64,000 bases of DNA from Amoebidium appalachense (lineage: Eukaryota; Protista; Ichthyosporea): contig CAVNZM010000014.1 in the NCBI GenBank assembly GCA_963693365.1, forward strand, positions 6,882,001 through 6,946,000. The letters are read 5' to 3'. A model generated the notes under the pieces. That model was not told where the DNA came from. It was given only the letters and a program-made list of their open reading frames with translations, and did no database searches. Below, piece by piece: positions 1 through 42,903 of this stretch. A program made the position numbers and the translations under genes. Position 1 is the stretch's first letter; each line of letters opens with the position of its first letter.

Positions 1-162
1 ACCTTTTTTTTTCGGTGCCTTAAATGTAGGTAGCAGATCCGGAGGCCCTTTTTTTCCCCTTCCCAGCTGCTTTTAATTGGGGCTGACATGTATTCAGTAC
101 TAGTGATACTTATGGAGCTCCAAAACAGGCATGGATGGCCAACACTTGGGTGACTTGAAGAG

Positions 163-1641
163 ATGCTTGCGGCGGGGGGCGAGTGCGAAAACGGGCAGAG
201 CCCAAATTACTGTGCAGGTTGTATACAGTTAGACGCGCACAGGCCACCAGGAACGTTCCATTTAGGCAAGGCGACAACAACATCCCAACTTGACGGCATG
301 AACGGGGAGGTGGAAGTGGTTGACATGGTTCTAGAAGCAACAGGGCCGTCAAACGTATCCAACCGTGGCAGTTGTGAGCACGAATCCACACACGGTGGCC
401 AGGCGAAAGCGACCTCCAAAATTGGAAACACGGAAGGGCAGGTTGTAGTGGTTGATTTTGGTTCAGGAGCAACAGGGCCGTTAAGTAAAATCAACCGTGG
501 CGCGTGTGAGAACGAATTGCCACGCAGTGGCCGATCTGAGGAAAAAGGGGAAAACGTTAAGATTAAGTCTCGCGAAACCGATGTACGGACATATCTCTAT
601 GCAACGTTTCTGATTCATTTGGTCATTCTATTCACACTCGTCACCTATGAGGGCGTCTACCTATTTTTGGTAGGCCGTGTGCGAAAAACCAGTCCTTATC
701 ACGATGTCAAGGTTGCGGCCGACAGTCTCCAAGAGGCCATCACGGCTCGAGACAGCGCCAAGCTGCGTGTTCCCGCCAACACCACCCTCCTCTCCTACCT
801 GTCCGTTAAAGCCCAAAACGAGTGTGCCGAATTCAACAACATCCTTGCGCAAGCGAAAGCAGACGGCTGGAAGATCCTCTGCTATGACATCACTTTCACG
901 TCCATCATTGTAGTCATCACATGTTTGGTTATGCACATTGTTTACCAGAATAGGAATCACCCTACTGTCCGGTCGCGTGGGGGCGTGTACCTCGTGGGCA
1001 TGTTCGGAACCGGGCTGTTGGCAGAAGTCAGTGCGGTTTTGCTTACTCTCTGCTGCATGCTTCAACTCCGTGCGTTCCCTATGGGTGCTGATTACCTACA
1101 GCTAGAAGTAATCACAGCAAACAAATCGCTCCTTGCAGATGAAACGCTGTACGTGTTCCTATTTGCGGTGCTCGTCTTCTGTTTTTTCTTAGCGCTTATG
1201 GTCGGCCGGCAGAGGCTGATTGCCTATGTTTTCACGACGATGATGTTCGAGCCGAAGGATCCGACCGCTGAGCAGTTACGATTTGCGGCAGTTGCCACGC
1301 TCTGCGGCTTTGCCCTCAGCGCTCCCTTCTTCTTTATTTGGTGGGCAAGAGACGGCTTTAGCCTGAGCGGGGCCTGGTATGGTCTGCTGGGAACAGTGCC
1401 CATGGGTGTTTTCTACAGTGTCTTTACGGTGTATTACTCGTATACGGCGCGAAAATCGACCCTCCGGTTCAACGATTTTTTCTGCAGCATCCGGTGTGTG
1501 GCCGCCGAGAATGTTCTGTTCTTTGGTGTCATTGTGTTCTGTGAGTTGAACCCACATCATGTTTTGGTCACATCGGCCACTTATTGTGCAATGATCCGCG
1601 CCATCGTCTTGACACACCTGCTGGACCAGTTTAGTACACAG
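163..1641 (+). CDS. Large first exon of a multi-pass membrane protein, GPCR-like (7TM region resembling class C / 7TM-RGS receptors); downstream exons uncertain
   Basis: 502-codon non-repetitive ORF with about 8 hydrophobic segments. A basic loop motif RNHPTVRSRG follows a TM helix, and LRFNDFF occurs before TM6. Probable donor CAG|GTGTGT at 1641/1642. Possible later exons near 2278-2433 and 3537-3661 were not resolved. Confidence 0.6.
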
Positions 1642-1954
1642 GTGTGTTTTTCTTTTCTCTCTCCTTTTTGAACACTAAACGATGAACATGATTCACAGGC
1701 AGTCTTTGAGGTTTTATAAGCTTAACCCTCCTCCTCTTTAAGCTTACCGCCATTCCCCCTAGCTCTCTTGCACTCTGTGTGACTCAAGTAATCGGTCAGT
1801 TACTACCTATGCAGACACTGTGCACACGCCCCGAGAGCACATGTCACGTGGGCCACATAGATCAACTATGGTGCATATTGAAACACTTGCACATTCACGG
1901 TGAGTACGCATCATACTTGAATCCATTCAACACATGCGCGCGCGCACCCACACC

Positions 1955-2000
<46 letters not shown>

Positions 2001-2762
2001 ACTCTGACGTGCGCTGTGTTCGGTCAATCGCATGGTTTTCCTTAGCAGGTCTGGAAATTTATGCACATCACTGACTCGTACACGTGTACATGGCTATGAC
2101 TGTCCCCCCCCCCCCCCCCCCCCCCCCCCTCCCCATCCCTTACCCCAAACAGAACTGTAATCATCAATTACGCCAGTTGCCTGAGCTGTATTGAAAAGAT
2201 ATGTTGCTTGATGGATAACCCCGCTATAGAGGTATAGTAGTAATGTAGTACATGATAGATAACCCTCCGAAATGCAGGTAGTCCAGGCATATATGGAGTT
2301 ACCGGATGTCAGGGCTGATCTTGGGCGGCTCACCATAACCACGGCCCTGCGAGTAGTCTGCATGAACACGCCATCCCACATCGCCCAACGTGAAAATGTC
2401 TTGGTTAGGCAAACGGTATCTCCCATTGCTGAAGTATGTCCACTGCGCCCCCTTATCCTTCGCCCCCTCCGCTCAAACACACACATACACACGAGCCATC
2501 ACGGGCACACACTGTGACACACACACGTGCCCAGCACGCACACATGCACACATACAGCACGCACACACACACACCGTAATGTTGGTCGCATTTCTTGCGG
2601 GTTTTCAGGCTGCTTAACCCGCATTGCAGTATTCTCATACCAGAAATATTTGACATTGGTCTAAGACCTTAGTTTCAACACGTGCTGTTGTACTTTCCGG
2701 TTTCCCCCCTTCAGATACACTCAACCATCCACCCTTGGGTGTGTGTGTGTGTGTGTGGGGGG

Positions 2763-2799
<37 letters not shown>

Positions 2800-2989
2800 T
2801 TCACAGAGAGCAGAGCAGTAATCGGAGTGCTGTACGTTTCCTCACCGTGACTCGCAAGCTCCTGCTCCCCCCCCCCCCCCCCCCCCCTCCCTCCCCCCGG
2901 TGCCCCCCTCACCTCCCCCCGAGGCAAAAGCACCAGCACATTTACATGACACACGCACAGGCAGACATGCAGTTACGTACATACGTGCG

Positions 2990-3033
<44 letters not shown>

Positions 3034-3420
3034 CAAAGTTAACCCATACACACATCACACCCTGACCGCGTGTAAACACTAGGATTTTGTGCGCACAGGC
3101 ACAGCATAAGCAACCATGCTTGAAACACACAGAAATGCAAGCAGGAATTTTAGTATACCACTGCACTACACACGATATGAACGTGTCGCGATTCCCATGA
3201 ATACAGTGTGGTTATCTCATGCAGAGTGTCACGCACATGTATGCAAACACACTGGCATTGAAATGGTAAAAGGGTAGGCATAGAGGCATCTTGAGACGTA
3301 TAAACGAGCACTCACAGAGAAAATACAGTAACAGTCTGACTGACAAACGTTATATGCACCCATGGTGATGGTGAGAACAGCCAAACATAACCACGAACAC
3401 TGGTTGTGTGACTTTGTGTG

Positions 3421-3460
<40 letters not shown>

Positions 3461-3469
3461 CGCGCGTGT

Positions 3470-3535
<66 letters not shown>

Positions 3536-4448
3536 AGTCTGACGGGCATCATGAATCCAACTTCACAGGAACCATTGGAGCTCGAGAACCGCATGCCGCA
3601 AGCAAGCCGTACAACTACAGCCGGATCCGGACAGGCCGATGTGGCACAAATAAGTACATAATAGTTAGTATTTAGGTTTATCGGAAACCAAGAATTCTCA
3701 TTGTCTCGGGACTACGAACGGTTCTTGGAGATATTATCGCAGCATCGAGTATTTTTATTTTCATTTCGTGTTGCTTTGATTGCATCCTAGTAGTAGTTAT
3801 GTAGTGATCCGGGCCGTATGAAATAGCAAGCTTGGATGAATGAAGTGTACAATGACTATTTTAATTAGCCATTTCTTTGGTTTTGATTTCCCTTTTGCAA
3901 ACGGGCGTATATACGAGCTGCGAAATCGTTTTTCGAAAGTCCGTTGATGGCTTTTGTTTTGTGAGACTTTTTTTTTTTTTTTTTTTTTTTTTTGCCCATT
4001 TCCCCTTTTACAAATCTGGAAACGAACGGGTGCCAGTAGTACTAGTTAGGCTAGTGGTAAGGATTTTGAATGCAGTTTTCTGGAACTACAGCTGTCGGGT
4101 AAACTTTGAATAGCTCTTGTACTGTGATAAGCGCAGACGTAACGTACATATACCTCGTGTCCAAGGACATGTCGAATGCAATGTATTCTAATTAGCATTC
4201 AGGTGTCCATAACTATCGATTTGATTGACCCATATATCGATATCGTCCCTTGTTGACATGCGCACACACTAATCGCCCGGCATACACGTATGTACACAAA
4301 ACATTCGTAAACACACATCATCCCCCCTTCCCCACCCCCAATTTGAAAGCGCACACACACCAAACACCCACTGGAGTCCCGCCTCATCATTATTGGCCGG
4401 CCCTCCCATTTGCTTTCAATGCTCTGTTGCACAAGCGCCCGACAGTAT

Positions 4449-4483
<35 letters not shown>

Positions 4484-4878
4484 TCCTCCTCCTCCTGCCC
4501 CGCTCCCCCGACCACATTCACGTTAGCTGAGTACGCACAAGTGCGGACATGTCACCATGCACGTGTGCCCACATAATATACTACATGTGCATGTGCGCAG
4601 AGATAAACCGATGCGTATGCATGTGTGCATCAACGGGCCCCAGGCACATAAAATCACTTTAAAAATTATATGGGCACCCTATGCATACTCCACTTTCCAA
4701 AAACTGCCAACACACTTGCATGTCTTTATCACCGTGATTCAAATTGGATTCTCCCGTTTTTTTCCCCAAATCACTGCAGCCGAGCAAAGATCCATGCAAG
4801 CACATATATACAACAACAGGCTATGGCTGCCTGCAGCCAGAAGGATCCAGTGGCACAGTTCATACCTTTTCATTTTCA

Positions 4879-4910
<32 letters not shown>

Positions 4911-5393
4911 CTCCTCCACTGTTCATGCAATTTCATCTTCATACACCCCCCCCCCCCCCTCCCCCCCCCCAAACCCCACCTCAGCCCTTTTTACCCAAGG
5001 CAGGATAGAAGCGGTTAGCGGGGCTCGATAATCAAAATTCCTCGTGTGCAGCAACACCTTCATGCCCCAAGGAGAAACCATTGGCAAGAGTGATCGTGTG
5101 CACAATGCTACACCCTTGCCCTGGTTCCACCGCCATCACCACCAAAACGTAACAGTACAAGCAGCCTCTCACAAGGCTCGGTCTAGTACTAATGACCCAG
5201 GAAAAAGAGCTGGATGGGAGCCAGCACGAAAGAAGAGAAAAAAAGATGAAAAAAGAAAAAGGGAAACGAAGCTGGCAGCAAACTATTAGTAACACTGACT
5301 AACAACAAATATATATCAGCACCCCTTCCTAATCAGCAGATCAAAAAGAAAGAAAGAAAGAAAGAAAGAGAGGAAGAAAGAAAAAAATGGTGT

Positions 5394-11700
<6,307 letters not shown>

Positions 11701-12663
11701 GGTGAAGTTGAGGCCCCTTCCTAGCGCGTGTGTGGATGGGTGTAAGGAGACAGAACTCTAAACTCACTTACACCTTGCTTTTAACTTGAACTTATCTTTA
11801 AATCTGGCAGAAAACTTTTGGCTGTAGTGTGGTCTTGAAAGCTTTGTAACCTTTTTTTTGTTTTCTCATAGCCTGAGATTCTGGCAGAGGTTCACACGTG
11901 CAATTTTTCGCACCCTGTCAACACGAACGGCCCAGAGGAGTGCAACACGAAAACCAATTCAAGTTGAAGCATAGACTGCAAGAGCAAGCCTTGAAATAGA
12001 AAGAAACAAAAAAATTGACTCGATTATACAAGAGGCATCAACATAAATATATGCGTTGATAATTTTTGTTTTTCTACTTTCTTACTAGCTGGCATATACT
12101 CTTTGAGTGGTTGGTGTCTGTGACTTCACGACGCACGGTTCTGTCCACACTGAGGAATGTGCAAAAGCTTTACCCCGCTCTGTACACTTACCTAATATGG
12201 CATGTGCATATCACAACACGAACGTATTTTGGTGGGAACCTGAACGTCGCTCAGCCGGTCTGTGTGGGACCAACTTATGTTTTGTGTGCACACACGTGTG
12301 CAGTATAGCTGTCTTACTAGGCTCCACATGCATATGTTACTACGCAGAAGGATTTTGTGTTTTCATAGCATCCTGTTTGTCAATCGTCGTTATCATGCGT
12401 TACTAATATAGTAAATCTTTTACACTCAAGTTTGAACATGGCCTGGAGGTGTGGGTCCATGTTTTGGGGTTGATAGTAATCACACGAGAGAGCACGGGTG
12501 TGATATAGCTGTAGGCTTGAGAAGGAGGAGGTTGGATAGTTTCAGAACGGTGGTATAGACACGCAAAAGAGGTTTTGTGCAAGACAAAAGGGTGGTGAAC
12601 GATAGAGACATCGGGACCAGGAGTTAGTGTAATCTATGTGGGCTAGATCCATTTGCAACCAAG

Positions 12664-35135
<22,472 letters not shown>

Positions 35136-35145
35136 TACTAGCGAA

Positions 35146-35183
<38 letters not shown>

Positions 35184-35323
35184 TTAGAATGTGTTATGGC
35201 TCTGGAGTGTAAAGTACACATATAACGGGACTCAAGGCAAATAGCGCATAGCACTTTGGCATAACAGACACAATACTATAGGGATATGGTTGTTGTTTTT
35301 TGTTTTTGTTTTTCGCGTGCACG

Positions 35324-35359
<36 letters not shown>

Positions 35360-36891
35360 GAACTTTAGTTGGATTTCGGATTACGGTGCATGCTTTTTGA
35401 TCGCCTACGACCAAATTCCTATCTTTTTGTATGATCGTGTCTTGGGGACAAACAAACTGAACGCAATTGTAAAAACACTTACACACATGATGTTGAACAG
35501 TTGTGCGTTTTGCATCACCCAGCTTATGCTCTTAGGCGGACCGCCATTGCAAGCATGATAGGTATCATAGGACTTATGATTTGAACTAACCAGCTCCATA
35601 CGTATGATTTGAGCTAACCAGCTCCAAGTGAATAATGTAGTGTGTTTTTGTTTACGCCATATGATTATGTAAAGATATAGTGTGCATAGAGCAAGTTAAA
35701 CCTCAATACAAAGCATGACATGAATTTAGATTCACACAGTGCACTCCCACACGCAATCCACCAACCACCCGATCCCCCCCCAAAAAACTGACACATGTAC
35801 ACACCCCGATTATAATGCATACTCCACGGATCATTTTCGGCTTTCACTCTCGCATGCGCAACTTGAAATTGCTCACAATATTTGGTACAACTCAAAACCG
35901 ACAATATGGTTGCATTCTGCGCAGATGCGGCAATGCAAAAGAGTAAGGCACAAGTTGATTAGCACACAAGCCTTATATATTAGAAGAGCCCTTTCTTGGG
36001 GCGGTCCCCGCGCGGGGGGGGGGGGGGGGGGGGGGTTAGGATTACTCATTTCATCAGAGGTGTGAATTGATTTACACCTCGGACTGTATGATGAAGAGAT
36101 GTTATTAGAAAAGCAACATTTGAAGGACAACATACATTAAAACTACAACGCGGATAAAAAGAAGGTATGATTTTTTTTGGGGGGGGGGAGGAGGGTTGGG
36201 AGGGAATGTGCAGCATAGGCAGAGCACCCGTACATTTCAACCCACAAACCGTGAGGGTGTAACCCAAATTTAGGTTGAAAAGCTTGAATAAATGTGTGAA
36301 GGTCACCCGTCTTGATCAGCAGCAGTATTGCCCACTGCCACGAACACGAACATTTTTTTTTTTTTTTGGGGGGGGGGGGGGGGGACACGTACGGTTGGGG
36401 GAGGTGAACACGTGTGAGCATAAAATACAGAATGTACAGGTACTGTATTGAAAAGAGGTTCATTTGACCCAGTCATATGCACACCTGTAAGATCACCGTG
36501 TGACGTAGTGGGGCTATAACACGTGTGTGGCTGTGCATAAGTGTGTGTGTCTGCATGTGTGTGTGTGTGTATGTTCGTGTGCACTGCATGTATGCATGTG
36601 TGTGTAGTCAAGTGCACACAATCAATCACTGTGTCCATACATTCAGAGCTCACCCAGTGGTGTCACGCCTACTATACCCTCTCAACTTAAAAGAGAAGTA
36701 TATCGATACACATGTATAAGAGTACCCCACAAACCTATCCTCCAATCAGAACACTCCGAGTCCAGCCCAGAACATTCCACCACCACCCTTCAGCCTCAAA
36801 CACCCTCTACCCCCTCGTGACACTTAGCCAATCACATCAAAATCCCGTGCCAGCCGACCAATGAAATTCCTCCATGTCGATCAGCAACCAA

Positions 36892-37383
36892 TCACAGTTG
36901 GGGAGCCAGTGCGGCGAGTTTTGCCGTGTTGCGCGCATTCACCAACTCACTAAGTGCACCCGTGCGGCTCAAAAACCTCGTCCCCAAAGGCTCACCCTTC
37001 TTGTTTATGAGCACACACGCATTGTCTCCAAACGTGAGCGTGCGTCCGTCCCACCCTTGGGCACGTGCCTGTAAACACGTGGGGGAGACCCAAATTAGTC
37101 GAGAAGTGAGTCATGGAGGCAGGGGGGGGGGGGGGGGGGGAGGTATGCATAAGGGTTGGAATTATAGTGGTGGAAACTCAAAAGGAAAAACACAAACCGT
37201 CACAAGAATATAAAAAAGGGGGGGTGGGGGTGGGGGGGGTGATGTATGCGTTAGAGGGTTGGAAATATGGAGGAGACAACAAAGAGCAACAACAAAGCGT
37301 CACAAAAGTGGGAAACCCAAAATCAAACAATTCAAGAGTGCAGGCAGAAGACACTTGAACAGAGCCCATCATCAGGGGGGGAA

Positions 37384-37423
<40 letters not shown>

Positions 37424-37867
37424 AGGGAAATGAAAAGAAGGGGAGGGGGGATGGCATGGATGTGAAATGTGCATCCTGTGGTTTCCCAGCATCTCCCATC
37501 CCCTTTGCACATGTACACTGAATATCTCTATTCGTCCGATAAAAGAAGAAGGAAACTACAAGGCACCTATACGCGTGTGTACCAGGTCTGCGTGCATGTG
37601 GGAATGTGCATTTATGTGTACACATTGGTGTGTTTGCCATATAGGCATGGGTGTGTGTGGGTGCTCGGGTGTGTATCTGTGTGTGTGTGCATGCATGGCT
37701 GTGTGTGAGCTCACAGCACAATGAGCTGTGTGTGTGTGCACGTGCCAATGCACATGCAGGTGCAAGTGTACAACAGTGAGCCACATGTGCACGTGACGGT
37801 ATGTGTATCTGCATGCACAAACACGGCTGGTCAGTCACCGTGTGTCTGTGTGTGTGTGGTGTGTGTG

Positions 37868-37906
<39 letters not shown>

Positions 37907-38278
37907 CGTGTGTGCGCGCGCGCGTGTGCCCACGGCTACCCGTAGAGCATGGTGCTGCCTGCCACATAACAACATAAAGCGGAGAAATAAGTTAGCATAA
38001 ATATCTTCGTCCCCCCCCCCTCTCTCCCCCTCCCTCTTCCCCCCATTTTTTTCTTTCTTTTCTGGGCCATCTGGGGTGTACGTACGCGTGTTCTGACGAC
38101 CACAGCCCTGTGTACCTCTGCCTTTTTGACTTGCTGCTTTGTGCTGGCCGCAGAGGCAGGGGGCAGGTTCTTCGTTTTCTTGATAACCACCGCTATCTCA
38201 TCACCTATCTTGGCTGGCTTGGTCGGCGCCGCTATGTTTTTAATGCACTGTGTGTGTGTGTGTGTGGGGGGGGGGGGG

Positions 38279-38321
<43 letters not shown>

Positions 38322-39225
38322 TGAATGCGGAACACGGTACGAAGTACGCATACACGAAGGACACATGCAAAGGCAAACATTCATGTATGCAACATCAGCC
38401 ATGCGCACAGTATGTGTCATAAGCAGAGCCCATCCTCGGGGAGGGCCCAAGCCATCAATTGCGTCTGAGTTTCGACCCCTTAGCCGGCGTATATACGACT
38501 CTCGAACTCAGACAGCAGCATCAACTGAACTTGGGAGGGTCAGCCCGTCTTGATCAAAGACGAGCAGGGTTGCTTATGCAAGCAAGGGAGCAAAACGGTG
38601 AATATGTGTGTGCAAATTAATGCAGTGCAGATGAAAATGCGTATGTGCTTACAGATGCACGACACAGAGCAACCATGCCCGGTTGCATGGAAGTAAAGCG
38701 GTCTCCACACACTGGTCTGTCCTGAAAGGACACCTCTGAAAGAAGACGGGGGGGGTTTGAATGCGGAACTGCACGGTACGAAGTACGCATACACGAAGGA
38801 CACATGCAAAGGCAAACATTCAAGTATGCAACATCAGCCATGCGCACAGTATGCGTCATAAGCAGAGCCCATCCTCAGGGAGGGCCCAAGTCATCAATTG
38901 CGTCTCAATTTCGACCCCTTAGCCCGCGTATATACGACTCTCCAACTCAGACAGCAGCATCAACTGAACTTAGGAGGGTCAACCAAAGACAAGCAGGGTT
39001 GCTTATGCAAGCAAGGTGAGCAAAAAGGTGAATATGTGTGTGCAAACTAATGCAGTGCAGCGGAAAATGCGTATGTGCTTACAGATGCACGACACAGAGC
39101 AACCATGCCCGGTTGCATGGAAGTAAAGCGGTCTCCGGGGGGAATGTGTGTGAGTGTGAGTGTGAGAGTGTGAGAGTGTGAGAGTGTGAGAGTGTGAGTG
39201 AGTGAGTGAGTGAGTGAGTGAGTGA

Positions 39226-39290
<65 letters not shown>

Positions 39291-39755
39291 TGTGGTGTGT
39301 GCGTGTGTGCTAGAAGGAGGGGGGGGGTGGGGAGATGTGAGGTATGCATTAGGGTTAGGAATATGGAGGAGACACCAAAGGATAAAACGTCACAAAAATG
39401 AAAAACCCTGAAATCAAACAATTAAGGACGGAACAAACAAAGATCGTGCAGGCAGGAAAGCAGAGCCCATCGTCAGGGGGGTTCCTATGCCTCCACAAAA
39501 GAATGTGTTTTGTCTCTTTAACCTCTCATGCGTGGCTCCCTACCCATACTTTGTTTCAACATCAATAGGGTGTGGCAAGGGGAGGGGGGGGAGGGGAGGA
39601 CTATGAATTAGAGGCTGGCAAACATGCAAGCAAATAGATGAAGACACCTGGAAGAGCAAAAGCACAAAACCGAAACCAAAACTGATGTGACTCGTGTAGA
39701 TGAAAAGACACTTGAACAAAGCCTTTCTTAGTCAGGTTGTTTTCGGGGGATATGT

Positions 39756-39788
<33 letters not shown>

Positions 39789-40534
39789 GGGGGAGGGGAT
39801 GGAAGGAAGGCAGTGGGTCGGGGGTTGGGGGAAAACTGGATGCATCCGCGGGGGGAGGGGAGGCGGGGGAGAGGAGGAAGGGGGGGGGGGGGGGGGGGGG
39901 GATAGTGGTTTGTGGTGGTAGCAGCGGGGATGAGGAGAGAAGAATATAAGGTTCAGATTTGGTGTAGAGGGGGCCTCAAAAAGAGAAGGATTGTGTTCAA
40001 GTTCAAGTTACGAATTGGAAAACGTGTATGTGCAGGCGCGTGCCTGCATGGCTGCATGTGAGTGCCGTTGTATGCAGTTGAGCATGTGAGCGTGTGACCG
40101 TGTGTGTGGTGTGTGTGTGGATAGGTGTGTGCTTGTGCATGTGTAAGTGGATGTAGGTGTGTGCAAGTGCAACAAGCTTGCACCTGCGCGTTTATGTGTG
40201 GTGTGTGCATGTGTCCGTTCTGTGCTATGCACCTGCACTTAAAGAAACACGTGCACATAACAACACACACATGCTTGGCGGTACGTTCAGCTTCCACCGC
40301 TAAACGCCAGAAGTGTGTGTGTCACAGTAACGGAGTGTGTATAAACAGGCATGAATGCAAGTGGGTTAAAATTAAGGGGACTATTGTTGTGTGCGTTGAA
40401 GCACGGGCACTTGCCCTCGTCGTGTGCGCGTGTCAAGTAAGCGTGCTCGATGCACGTGCCCAGGGGCAGTTGTGTGTGTGTGTTTGTTGTGTGTGTGTGT
40501 GTGTGTGTGTGTGTTGTGTGTGTGTGGGTGTGTG

Positions 40535-40576
<42 letters not shown>

Positions 40577-41009
40577 GTGTGTGCGTGTGTGTGTGCGTGT
40601 GTTGAGCAACACGCTCGGGCATATGCAGGTGCCCGTGCGTGTGTGTGGGTGTGTCAAAGTGGGGTGCAACTGAGCTGAGTATGCACGGGCAAACATGCCT
40701 GTCTACAAAGAAGAGGATATGTGTGTGTAAGCAGGTAAGCATGCTCTTGCTAGCGTGTATGTGCCTGTGTGTACGTGTATTGGTGTGTTTGTGTGCGTAT
40801 GGGTACCGGCACACGTGCGTTCAAGCGTCGGTGCTTGTATGGGTGAAACTTTAAGGTGGGCCTGTGTGTGCCGTGTGCGTCGATGTCAGCGGGTAAGCGT
40901 GTGTACGTGCCTGAAGAAGGGGGGGTGATGTGGAAAGGGGGGGGCGGGGGGGAGAGGGGGGACGTGGACGTGAGAAAGCGGGGAGCGGAGGGGGGGGGGG
41001 AGAGGGGAA

Positions 41010-41041
<32 letters not shown>

Positions 41042-42630
41042 AAGGAACGGGGGGGGATTGCCAACCATAGCGAGACGGGCACCCGTGTTGTCGATAACAT
41101 TCAACATGGTCATGTGCTGGATACCCATCGTGAAGTGAGGGAGGGAGGACCCTGGTGACTGGGGGCAAGAGAGGGTGTTATTCTGCTTGCAATAGAGAGT
41201 AAATCGTGGCGTGTGCGTGTATTTTCAATGTGTTTCTCGGCCTTGGTTTCTCTCCTTCACTACCCAATACACTTAATACCCCCAATACATATACTTCACC
41301 CTCTCTTTTCTGCACCTTGTCGAAGTGCTTCTTCCGCGTTGCATGCACATCTCTGTCGCAAGTTTTACGCAAAAACAAAACGACGTTTGATTGGTTGAGT
41401 GTCATGGGTGGCATTTGCAACCGGTGTGTTTGGCCAAGCTACCAGAATATGTATGACATGGCGGAGAATCCGAGAGATGGCTTGTTTTTAAAAAAGTTGA
41501 TAAACACTGATCGCCATTTAATGTGTTTATTAGTACTGCAAACCGTCCGCATCTACATGGGAACAATATATTAGTACTTGCGCCGCAGCCGTCGACGTCG
41601 TACCGTACGGTCATATGCATCACGCACCAGCCAACTGCACCAGCCTACACTAGAAACAAGGAACTTGCAGACAAGATTTTAAGGCAAGGGGTCAGGTTTT
41701 CCTTTCTCAACATGGCTTCTGACCTGAAAATTTTCTTGTGTGCCTATTCGTCCTGTATTTAATTCTTAGCAATGTTAGCTTACTGTACTTTGTGACATAC
41801 TTGGACACCGTTGAAGTACCGGCATTTGACCAGTCCGCTTCCTATTGGCCCATAGAGCATCACTGTGGTTCCCCCCAAACAGAAATATCTCGTGTGGCAA
41901 CTTGCAAAGTGAGACAAGGCTCTATCGTTGTTCGACACTATTGTAGAGGGTAGTGGTCATGTTTCTTACCTGGTCTCTTTTATATAACTAATTTGTGTTT
42001 CCTGAGCAAATCAAATGAAGTCATTGACATTGTGGAAAATGGTTAGCATACAAACCACATCCCCACATTGGTAGGTTTTGAGGCCCTCTAGCTATAGATC
42101 CGACAGTTCCGACTCCCTGTGAGCAGGGTGTGAAATTTGTTGTTGGTCACACAGTGCCATTTTGGCCACCAGCCTGGATGGCTCTAATAGAGCCCACAGA
42201 CGTTTTTTTTGTATGTATTTTCTATCATGCTTGGCCCTGTATTGTTAGGGCCAATTTTTTAAAGATTGATGAACCTGAACCTCAAAAAGTTAGGGACGAT
42301 TTTCGTACTTTTACTTAGGGGCATTTTTGCCCGGCCTGGCATGACTTATTTGGATCGGCCAATTCCGAGTTCGAAGCACTCACAGTGAGCGGTTCGTAGG
42401 CTCAGGTTGTGCTTTTCTGTTATTTTTCATAGTGGTTTTATCATTATCGTTAGCAGACCACAGAAACAGTGCACTATACAACTACCATGTGCTTGAAGTC
42501 AATACTGTTGGGACTTCGCATCTCACATGTACATGCACGTGCCTATTAAGATATAGTAATGGCCAATGCGCTAACTTACAATAATTGGCCATGACGGGCG
42601 AAGCCCTTCAGTGTGCGCCCGCGCAATCAT
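36892..42630 (-). CDS. MRPL14: Nuclear-encoded mitochondrial ribosomal protein uL14m (bacterial-type L14)
   Basis: Minus-strand exons: probable 42630-42580 (MIARAHTEGLRPSWPII|GTAAGT, presequence-like), 41158-41066 (..MGIQHMTMLNVIDNTGARLAM), 38247-38086 (CIKNIAAPTKPAKIGDEIAVVIKK..VKKAEVHRAVVVRTR), 37068-36892 (WDGRTLTFGDNACVLINKKGEPLGTRF..APQL*). All junctions are phase 0. The first exon is tentative. Confidence 0.88.
38316..39136. repeat. Near-tandem direct duplication (~390 bp x2) in a uL14m intron
   Basis: Copies at about 38316-38706 and 38753-39136 both run from GGGGTTTGAATGCGGAAC to GTAAAGCGGTCTCC, with scattered substitutions and indels. Confidence 0.9.
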
Positions 42631-42868
42631 TCTTTCGCAGCTCCGTGCACATATGGTGGGCTTGGGTGTGTGTGTGTGGGGGGGGGGGGGGGGGGGGGGG
42701 GGGGCACTCCACCCCACCGAACAGGTGGGCACCCACCCCATAACCGCGGCCACTTGCGGTGTGTACGAACATGCACGCGCATTTGTGGATGTTGTTTGGT
42801 TTGTCTCAAGGCCTACATGATCTGTATGTATAAGCCTGAAAGTGTATGTGTATGTGATGGGGAGAAAA

Positions 42869-42903
<35 letters not shown>

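Noticed and set aside
4770-5290. Possible retroelement 3' fragment or extra exon (HIYNNRLWLPAARR..., basic tail)
   Set aside because: Too short and motif-poor to assign.
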